From the NCBI GenBank assembly GCA_963840035.1, contig CAWIXE010000002.1, positions 781,685 to 845,684 of the forward strand: DNA of 64,000 bases, given 5' to 3'. The translations under genes were made by a program, and so were the position numbers. Origin of the DNA: a candidate division FCPU426 bacterium (GTDB lineage Bacteria; Oederibacteriota; PGYV01; Palsa-1178). Positions within the stretch are counted from its first letter, which is position 1. Every line of letters begins with the position of its first letter. Below, one piece after another: positions 48,070-55,641 of this stretch. Below the pieces are notes generated by a model. The model saw only the letters and a program-made list of their open reading frames with translations. It was not told where the DNA came from and ran no database searches.

Positions 48070-48927
48070 TTACCCCGCAAATTGGTTGACATTTTGTTCT
48101 CCGGATTTGATCAAACACAACCCCATATCTACAACTGATTTTACCACGGCCTTCCTCACAACGTCAAGTTTATCCAGTCCCGGTATTTTCTGTTTTTCAA
48201 TTTCCGCAATCGCATTTTCAGCTTTTTTAATTAGCTCATGCTTTTCTTCGTTTTTGTATATTTCTCCGTTTTTGAAAACTTCAGCGCTTGTTTTGCCGTC
48301 AAATATACGCCGCGGCATTTCGTGATTAATCTCATAAATCGCTCTTTCAAATTTGGCGTATACTTTTTCGTAATTTAACCCTCCTTTTTCAGTTTTCAGA
48401 TATTTCTCAAATATCTGATTTTCGCGCTCCAGTTTCCCGTTGAAAAGCGGATAATGCCCGGGGCTGGGCATCGTGAGAATCTCTTTTTCTTTCAAATAAC
48501 TTATTAATACTTCGTTCTGAAACTCAGAACCCCTGTCAGTTTTAACCACAAGCGGTTTTATTCCCTGCTCGTTCATCACGCGTTCAAGCAGGATTTTCGC
48601 CTTTTCACCGGTATTTGAATAACTCATAATCCAACCAAGCACACACCTTGAGTACTCCTCAAATACCAGCTGAACATACACATACCCTTCTTCGCAGCGT
48701 ATTTTAATCGTATCTAGCGCCCAGCTGACATGCTTTTTTAGCCATTCAACTGACTTGTACTCTTTCTTTCCCGCTTTTTGCTTTTTCCTGGGCCCAAAAT
48801 ACTCATAAACTATTTTTGCAACGCTGCTTGGCGATATACCCGCTTTTATTGCCAAAACATAATTAGTTGATATTTCCGAAAACCTCCGTTTTAATTCCAG
48901 CACCCGGAGTATTGTTTCACCAGACAA
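48070..48927 (-). CDS. IS3-family OrfB (rve/DDE integrase core); frame open upstream to the A9 site
   Basis: DDE residues in WALDT, KTDRGSEF, GKLERENQ. The same frame stays open back to 49119 in the -1 frame relative to orfA. Confidence 0.85.
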   Translation of the reverse strand: MSGETILRVLELKRRFSEISTNYVLAIKAGISPSSVAKIVYEYFGPRKKQKAGKKEYKSVEWLKKHVSWALDTIKIRCEEGYVYVQLVFEEYSRCVLGWIMSYSNTGEKAKILLERVMNEQGIKPLVVKTDRGSEFQNEVLISYLKEKEILTMPSPGHYPLFNGKLERENQIFEKYLKTEKGGLNYEKVYAKFERAIYEINHEMPRRIFDGKTSAEVFKNGEIYKNEEKHELIKKAENAIAEIEKQKIPGLDKLDVVRKAVVKSVVDMGLCLIKSGEQNVNQFAG

Positions 48928-49034
48928 GGCCCACGGCGCATGTTTCGGCCCTGTCTTTTGGGGTTCCAGGGTATCTTTCTTTTTCCACGCATAATAATAC
49001 TCCCTTGGAACCCCGATTGAATCAAAATACGCCT

Positions 49035-49541
49035 TTATACTTCCTCCGTTTTGTACGGTTTCTTCGGCACTTCTGAGTATATTTCTTTTAACACTTTCCG
49101 CATATTGGCGTTTTTTTTTGCGCCGTCTTCATCGTTTTTTTCAAAGAAGCTCGTTGCTTTCCTGGCTATCTGCAGTTCCTGTGTCGCCTTTTTCTTTTCT
49201 TCCTCCAGTATCCGGATCTTTTCCTCCAGCTTCCGCTGTTCTTCCTGCGCCTTTGTCACTGTTTCCCTCAGATCCTCTTCCTTCACGTAGTTCTTCGGCT
49301 TCCTGCCTCTCTTCTCCGTCTTCAGGAACGCCCTGGCTATCCCTTCCAGCGCTATTTTCTTCCACTCCCGGAACGTCTCCCTCGATATATCCATCTCCTC
49401 GCAGACCTGTTTCACCTTCTTTTCCTTTGCCATTACTTTCAGTACTGCCTGAAACTTCACCTCGTATGGGATTTCCCTGTAGTACTTCGTGGATTTCTGT
49501 TCCATCATTTCCTGCTGAATTTTCTCCTGTTCCATTTTCAA
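49035..49541 (-). CDS. IS3-family OrfA (HTH plus leucine-zipper)
   Basis: 168 aa. VKQVCEEMDISRETFREWKK HTH, heptad-rich EEQRKLEEKIRILEEEKKKATQELQIARKATSFFEK, then the A9 slippery run. Confidence 0.8.
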   Translation of the reverse strand: MKMEQEKIQQEMMEQKSTKYYREIPYEVKFQAVLKVMAKEKKVKQVCEEMDISRETFREWKKIALEGIARAFLKTEKRGRKPKNYVKEEDLRETVTKAQEEQRKLEEKIRILEEEKKKATQELQIARKATSFFEKNDEDGAKKNANMRKVLKEIYSEVPKKPYKTEEV

Positions 49542-50715
49542 TTACCCCCTTATTTTCTTTATTTTCCTTTTTTTCCTCCACTGCATCTAACCCCTCAACC
49601 ATAACACTTCCTTCTTTTGCTATTACCCGTATTTCTTTTCCGCCTATTTTTCCGATTAAATACATAGGCTCTTTTAATTTTCTCGGGTCAACAATTAGCG
49701 CGTCTTTTACCATTCCTGCCCCTTTTTCCATAACTTCACGCACCGACTTTTCAACGCTGAAAAACCTGTCAGCAGGCAGTAACCCATCAATCCCCTGATG
49801 CGGCCTTTTGAAGTTATACCATTCCACCCATTTTCCTATCTTTTCCTGCGCGTCTTCAAAGCTGGATATCGGCTCTTTACTTAGTAATTCCTGGTACATA
49901 TTCCGCCAGAGCGATTCAACTTTTCCGCAGGTTTGGGGATGATACGGCCGGCTTCTCAAATGGCTTATTCCGCTTCTTGTAAGGAATTTTTGAAATGTGC
50001 TTTTCCCCCTCCAACTGGCAAACTGCCTGCCGTTATCAGTAAGCACTTCTTTTGGCATGCCGTACTTTTCTATCGCGTTTTTTAGCACATCCAGGACCCT
50101 GTCGCTGGTTTGGTTCCGAAATACCCCTATACTGACGACAAACCGCGAATAATCATCCAGACATGCTATTACATATATCCGGTACAGCCCCTGCAGCATA
50201 AATGTCATTATATCCATCTGGTACATGTCGCCGGGTTTGCTTCTTTCAAAACGCTGCGGTTCCTTTTGACTATTTCCATGCCGCAGGCTTTTTTCCTGTA
50301 CCATTGTTGCTGTCTGAGGGTCGGTTCGGAGGACTTTTTCAATACCGTCGCGGCATACTTTTACGAACTTATTGCGCATCAAATAATCCCCGATTTTCTT
50401 AACTCCAATTCCGGGATTTTCCAGCTTTAATTTGACTATTTCCGCTTTTACCGCTTCCGGTACTTCCTGCGCTACTTTGCCGCCGCGGTTATCTTCCAGC
50501 CCCTCTTCACCGCCTGTTTTGTACCTTTCTTGCCAGCTTTTAAAAGTACCGACGCCCATTCCATACCACTTACAGAACATAGTAATAGGCGCACCTATCT
50601 GTTCAAATTCTTTTAGCAGTTTTAGTTTTTCTTCTTTTGAGTAGATTTTACCGGCGGAGTCGCTTTTTGTGTATTTTCTCTTTCCCTTTTCTTTCTTTTT
50701 CTTCATGAACCACAT
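49141..50715 (-). CDS. IS481-like DDE transposase; last ~130 codons are probably read-through
   Basis: N-terminal HTH. DDE residues in YQMDIMTF, LTDNGRQF, GKVESLWRN, plus YNFKRPHQGI. The C-terminal G/E-rich tail overlaps orfA out of frame. Confidence 0.8.
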   Translation of the reverse strand: MWFMKKKKEKGKRKYTKSDSAGKIYSKEEKLKLLKEFEQIGAPITMFCKWYGMGVGTFKSWQERYKTGGEEGLEDNRGGKVAQEVPEAVKAEIVKLKLENPGIGVKKIGDYLMRNKFVKVCRDGIEKVLRTDPQTATMVQEKSLRHGNSQKEPQRFERSKPGDMYQMDIMTFMLQGLYRIYVIACLDDYSRFVVSIGVFRNQTSDRVLDVLKNAIEKYGMPKEVLTDNGRQFASWRGKSTFQKFLTRSGISHLRSRPYHPQTCGKVESLWRNMYQELLSKEPISSFEDAQEKIGKWVEWYNFKRPHQGIDGLLPADRFFSVEKSVREVMEKGAGMVKDALIVDPRKLKEPMYLIGKIGGKEIRVIAKEGSVMVEGLDAVEEKKENKENKGVIENGTGENSAGNDGTEIHEVLQGNPIRGEVSGSTESNGKGKEGETGLRGDGYIEGDVPGVEENSAGRDSQGVPEDGEERQEAEELREGRGSEGNSDKGAGRTAEAGGKDPDTGGRKEKGDTGTADSQESNELL

Positions 50716-50775
50716 ATATTTTACCTCCTCTTTCGTTGAATTTCCAGAGGTAAAATGTCAACCTATTTCAATGGG

Positions 50776-53700
50776 TTAGCAGTTATGATAATTGACGGCT
50801 AGGATAATGAAAAGCGCCAGGTCATAACTGCCGTTTGCCAGCGATGATATGTCCCACACAGCCAGTTTGCCGCCGCTGTTTATCTGCATGTTCTTTGCAG
50901 TGGTTGTCACGGCGCCTCCGGTGTATTCCTCTGGCAGTTCCAGATATGTGTATCCTTCATCAGGATTTCCGTTTTCATCCATAACCACATAGTCAGACGG
51001 CCTGTATCCGAGCATATATCCCCTGAAAGCCTCGCCGCCGGTGGCGATCCCGGTCACTGCAAGAGTATCACCGTCTGCCTCCGCGTTTAACACCATATCA
51101 TCAGAGGCGGCTTTTCCGCCTATCTGGTTTATCTGCGGCACTATCCTTCCTTTTACTATATAGCACGTGCCGGCGCATTCATTGCCGAAAACATCCTGAA
51201 CGCGTATTTCCGCCCTGTAAACGCCGTCAGGTACATATCCGTAACCGCTCCCCATATCGCCCATGCCGTCCCATGTGATGCCGTTAACCGGCGCTGAAAG
51301 CACACTGCGGTATTGTGAAGTATTCGCTGTATCCGTCAGGAAGTTATAAAAATAATATTTTTCTCCCCTGTACTCGTCTATGTCGCCGTATATGCCTGAG
51401 TAGCGCAGGGTTATGGCTTCCTTTTTTTCTATGCCGTCGTATAATTCCCTGACGACCTTTCTCTGCGACGGATTGCTTTCATTTGTGGTAATTCTTACAT
51501 CAGCGTATACATACTTTGAAGTGGCTGCCATGGGCGTAAAGTATATGGCTGTGCATGTCCTGCCCTTTGACTCCTCTTCAGGGTTGAAAATAAACGGAGA
51601 GGCATACGGAGGGTAGCGCAGTACAGGCGGTTTGTCTGCCGGAAGAAGATAGTACTTTCCTTTTGCCTGAGCCACCTTTGTCATGGCAGTATAAGCGCCG
51701 GCAGGCTTCTGCGTCCCGGCTATGAGCGCCCTTGCTGTGGTGGTGACGCACTGCGCGCCGCATGTATTGCTCTCTGTCTCGTTATATATACCCAGATTAT
51801 CAGCGATTATACTTTTTGCCTTTGCCTTTTCATCCGCGTACACATAATCAGCCGAACCTGATGACAATCCAAATATGGAATCAAGCCCGGGTATGTCAAG
51901 GTCTTCATCAGTGTATCTTATGGTTATCTGCAGAGGCTCCGCATTATCGTACAGCAGTGTTGTATCCAGCGCGGGATATATGCCGTACTTGGATGTTATG
52001 GCGCTGTACATATCCGACATAAGCGGCGGGCTGCAGGGTATGTTTTCAGAGTAGACATTTACGTACTGTGTATCCTTTACTTTCCACGCAGGAACAAAAA
52101 GCTCAAACTTTATGTACGGGTCTGTCACTATGGTGCCTGCCGTGTTTGATACGTCTATAGGCGTGCCTATGGTCAGCTGCGCCCTGTCAACTTCCGCGTC
52201 CGCGCAGTCAGAGACGTAGTCATATCCCATGTTCACGTCGCTTATGGTAGTGCGTATGGTGTACTTGCCGTAGAGCCTTTTTGACCACACGTCCCATGCG
52301 GTCATAACCTGAAATAACGGCCCTTCTTTCCTCTGATTTGAGGCTGTTATGCCGCCGTCAGTAGAAAAATATGTGCAGGAAGTATTTGCTTTATCTATCC
52401 AGCCGGGCGCGTATTCCATGCGCCACTCGCTTAGCTTTAGCGCGTCAGCGCCTCCCATGGCTGTGATAAATGACCTTCCGGTATATCTGCTTTTAAGCTT
52501 AAACCTAAACTGCCCGGAAGCGGGCACTTTATTGTCTGTGATTTCAGACCCGTTTATATCTGCCATGACAAGGTCAGGGTTTATAGTGTCGTCAGGATAG
52601 GTTACCCTCACGTCTTTTCCGCCGCATCCGGCCGCGGTTATGACATCGCTCATGGCGCTTTCCCCGAGCCGTGCTGAAAGGAAATTAATGATACCTCCGC
52701 CCTGAGCCGCGATACTCGCGCCTATCCCGAACAAGCCGTTATCATATGCCTTCCACTTGTATGATGTCATGGGCACAGCGCGCGAGCCGTCCTGCGGGAA
52801 GGATGTACCTGCAAGGTATGCTGTGAATTTCTTTTCCACTGTATACCCTCCGGCGTTCATGGTCCAGACATTTATGTTGTTTTTCCCGGCGTGCGGCAGG
52901 GGTATGTCCAGCGCCCAGTCAGCCTTGCCGCGCTTGCCGTCTGCCGTGGTCATCAGGGTGGTGTCTATTTTCAGGATTGTTGTTACCACCGGGCCGTTAT
53001 CAGCCTGCCCGTACACCTGTATGAACTGCGGGAAGTAATCAGAGGCCCACCCTTCCACATGCAGTATGGCCCTGTCAGTGCTTACCCCGCGTATAGCACC
53101 ATCATAACTCTCCAGCGGCTTTTCCGCCTGCGGCCTGTAGGGATAAAAGACCCCTATTTCACCCGGCTCATCTATATCCTTCATAATCTGCTCGGGGTTC
53201 ATCTGCTGACCCTTACCGTAGCTTAAGGAACTCAGCATTTCATTTAGCAGTTCACCGAGGAACGGTATGAAATCAAGCTTTATGGGTATGGGCAGTTCCA
53301 GCTTCGGGAAATCAGGAAGTTTTAGTTCCTTCATTATTGCCGTGCCTTTTTTCGACACCTCATCACGCATGTTTTTTATAACCGGATTGTCGCTTCCAAG
53401 CTGATTTTGCACTGTATTCAAGAGATTTCCGGGTTTTGTATTAAATATTGAAACTATTATTGGCCCTATGTTTGTAATGCCGCTTGTTATTGGCTCAGGT
53501 ACATAGTGTAACATTTTCAATAAATCACCTATCAGACCCATCATTTCTTCATCCAGTGTCACAGGAGCCTTATCAGAACCGCCGCTTGCCTTTATGGTAA
53601 GTCTTTTTAGTTTTGAAAGGTTCGCGGATACAGCGGATAAATTCCTGTTACTGAATGTATCAAGCCATTTCCCGCCTTTTTGTATATCACTCTTTGTGCC

Positions 53701-55641
53701 GTCATACTTTTCTATATAGTCTGCCACCTTTGTAGCCATGTCCCATATCTCTTTTTCCCAGTCTATGTCTTTTAAATCAGGTATAGAACTTGATTCACAA
53801 CCGCCCAGTATGGACTTGGTTACAGTCTCAGAGCTTATCATGCTCTCTAACTGACTTGCTGTTATTTTATTTCCGCCAAACCCGGGAAAATTATTTCCAC
53901 CCGGTATTTTATCTGTCAGTTTATCAAGCTCTGATGCACCTGCTTCCATGGCTTTACTTACTGCCCCATCTACTGCTTTAAAAGCATAGGCTTTTATGGT
54001 TCCCTCTGCCCATGTCTTGCCGTATCCGATGGCCCCCTGTAAAAGGTACTGAGCAAATCCCGGATTAGAAGTCATCTGCAATCCGCCAAGCAGAGCCATG
54101 CCTATGCTTACCTTATTTGCTATTTTCTGGAATTCCATAACCCTGTCTATGGCTTCCTGATCTATCCCGCCCGCGCCGAGAAATGCGCCCGCGATGGCCA
54201 CGCTTGCCAGGTCATCTGCCATTTGCATGTTATTTGTATTTCCCATGCCGTTGGGGTCTGTTAAGTAATTTAATACAGCGTTTCCGGACATACCGTCTGC
54301 TATTATCTTTGAGTTTGCGGGCGTATCTTCTGCATTGCCTTTTGGCATTATCATGTTCATAGCCCCGTCTAAGCCGGTGTCTATGGTATCACACGCGTTA
54401 AATTTTATATTATCAAGACCTTTGCTCATGTCGAGCTTGACGAAAAGAAGCTGGGGCGGTTTTACCCCCCTGAAATTCAGGCTTAAGTTAAACATCCCGG
54501 ATAACTGCTTCCATACATCCGGCCCCTGAAGCTTATCAGGAAACCAGGCTATCTTCCACTTGGATAAATCCAGCCCCCATTTAAGTCCGCGTAAATCAGG
54601 CCGTGGTATTGCTTTTAATATCCCGGACAAATCAGGAACCTGCATACCAGGTATCCTGAATAACTTCCACAAATCAATCCCCGATAACTGCGGTAATATG
54701 CACAAATCCTGCCCCTGGTCATTTTTTAATCCAAGGTCACTTATAAAAGAAGCTAGCGTTGCCCCTGAAGCTATTTTCCCCGCCACAAAATCCGCGCTTT
54801 GCATGTTCACGCTTTTTAATCTTAACTTGTCACTTTCAGACATACAGGACAAATTGAGGTTGGGTAGCAGGTCTTTAATCGCTGCAAGAAGATCAAAACT
54901 GCCGAAGTTGATGTTAAGTTTGCTTAAAAGATCTTTCCAGTTTATTTTTAAGTCAGGAGCCTGGAAATCAAGGTTAAAAGAACTTGAGACCGAAGTCCCG
55001 GTTAAGGGTTTTACGATACCTGTGTAATCCTGTCCTATTTTTTCAGGGTCAGCATCCGCGGATTTTATCATTGAAAATATATTAGTTTCATCCGAGCCAA
55101 GAACGCTGTGCTCATACCCTTCCGCTTCATATAATCCATTATCTTTAAGTACAGGTGATTCTACAACTTGATCATTGAATGCCGCGTTATATTTGTCACT
55201 TACCTGCACGGCCAAAACAATCGGGATAGACTCATTATTTTTAACGTTCGAGAGCAAAGAATCATATTCGGCTTTAGATATTTTTCCTTGGATTATTTCG
55301 GGGTATTCAGGATTATTTTTTATTACATCGTATTTTATTATAGGTACTTCGTTTGCTTTTGGAAACTTTTTGTTCTTTAACGTTATTAATTTAGCGCTTA
55401 ACTCTTCAGTAAAATACAATCTTACGTCTAGGACGTTTTTATTGTCAGCACCTTTTGGCGGCTTTGATGCTTTTACACTTCTCAAAAAAAGATTGTTTTC
55501 AAATTTTACATTACCCCATTCAATCTGATAAACCGGATTACACCCCTGCATTATTTCAACCCGTTTTAGATAAACAGGACGCCACTTATAAAACTTTTCC
55601 AAGATGTCCTCTTCAGACCAATTTTGGTCGCTTAGATACAT
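50776..55641 (-). CDS. giant exported protein, distal 1621-codon segment (end of SpoIID-like module, long unknown region, FlgD-Ig-like domain); 3' end truncated by the mobile element
   Basis: Begins MYLSDQNWSEEDILEKFY, which completes the SpoIID-type GMSxWGA..(M).......IL..(F/Y)Y motif of the upstream ORF. FlgD-Ig-like ASPFIFNP...ITWDGMGDMGSGYGYVPDGVYRAEIRVQD. The last 7 codons (AVNYHNC) are IR-derived. Confidence 0.8.
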   Translation of the reverse strand: MYLSDQNWSEEDILEKFYKWRPVYLKRVEIMQGCNPVYQIEWGNVKFENNLFLRSVKASKPPKGADNKNVLDVRLYFTEELSAKLITLKNKKFPKANEVPIIKYDVIKNNPEYPEIIQGKISKAEYDSLLSNVKNNESIPIVLAVQVSDKYNAAFNDQVVESPVLKDNGLYEAEGYEHSVLGSDETNIFSMIKSADADPEKIGQDYTGIVKPLTGTSVSSSFNLDFQAPDLKINWKDLLSKLNINFGSFDLLAAIKDLLPNLNLSCMSESDKLRLKSVNMQSADFVAGKIASGATLASFISDLGLKNDQGQDLCILPQLSGIDLWKLFRIPGMQVPDLSGILKAIPRPDLRGLKWGLDLSKWKIAWFPDKLQGPDVWKQLSGMFNLSLNFRGVKPPQLLFVKLDMSKGLDNIKFNACDTIDTGLDGAMNMIMPKGNAEDTPANSKIIADGMSGNAVLNYLTDPNGMGNTNNMQMADDLASVAIAGAFLGAGGIDQEAIDRVMEFQKIANKVSIGMALLGGLQMTSNPGFAQYLLQGAIGYGKTWAEGTIKAYAFKAVDGAVSKAMEAGASELDKLTDKIPGGNNFPGFGGNKITASQLESMISSETVTKSILGGCESSSIPDLKDIDWEKEIWDMATKVADYIEKYDGTKSDIQKGGKWLDTFSNRNLSAVSANLSKLKRLTIKASGGSDKAPVTLDEEMMGLIGDLLKMLHYVPEPITSGITNIGPIIVSIFNTKPGNLLNTVQNQLGSDNPVIKNMRDEVSKKGTAIMKELKLPDFPKLELPIPIKLDFIPFLGELLNEMLSSLSYGKGQQMNPEQIMKDIDEPGEIGVFYPYRPQAEKPLESYDGAIRGVSTDRAILHVEGWASDYFPQFIQVYGQADNGPVVTTILKIDTTLMTTADGKRGKADWALDIPLPHAGKNNINVWTMNAGGYTVEKKFTAYLAGTSFPQDGSRAVPMTSYKWKAYDNGLFGIGASIAAQGGGIINFLSARLGESAMSDVITAAGCGGKDVRVTYPDDTINPDLVMADINGSEITDNKVPASGQFRFKLKSRYTGRSFITAMGGADALKLSEWRMEYAPGWIDKANTSCTYFSTDGGITASNQRKEGPLFQVMTAWDVWSKRLYGKYTIRTTISDVNMGYDYVSDCADAEVDRAQLTIGTPIDVSNTAGTIVTDPYIKFELFVPAWKVKDTQYVNVYSENIPCSPPLMSDMYSAITSKYGIYPALDTTLLYDNAEPLQITIRYTDEDLDIPGLDSIFGLSSGSADYVYADEKAKAKSIIADNLGIYNETESNTCGAQCVTTTARALIAGTQKPAGAYTAMTKVAQAKGKYYLLPADKPPVLRYPPYASPFIFNPEEESKGRTCTAIYFTPMAATSKYVYADVRITTNESNPSQRKVVRELYDGIEKKEAITLRYSGIYGDIDEYRGEKYYFYNFLTDTANTSQYRSVLSAPVNGITWDGMGDMGSGYGYVPDGVYRAEIRVQDVFGNECAGTCYIVKGRIVPQINQIGGKAASDDMVLNAEADGDTLAVTGIATGGEAFRGYMLGYRPSDYVVMDENGNPDEGYTYLELPEEYTGGAVTTTAKNMQINSGGKLAVWDISSLANGSYDLALFIILAVNYHNC

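Larger units (their letters stand above)
48051..50797 (-). mobile_element. 2.75-kb mobile element bounded by ~47-bp imperfect IRs, carrying IS481-like and IS3-like transposase genes
   Basis: Left end TGTCAATTATTGTCAC...GGTTGACATTTT. The right end in reverse complement reads CGTCAATTATCATAAC...GGTTGACATTTT. Three transposase-related ORFs lie inside. Confidence 0.75.

Noticed and set aside
49141-49560. The C-terminal ~130 aa of the 524-aa IS481-like ORF as genuine coding sequence.
   Set aside because: It is a G/E/K-rich low-complexity translation overlapping the well-formed IS3 orfA in another frame. The purine-rich orfA sequence suppresses stops in alternative frames. It is probably read-through after loss of the native stop.
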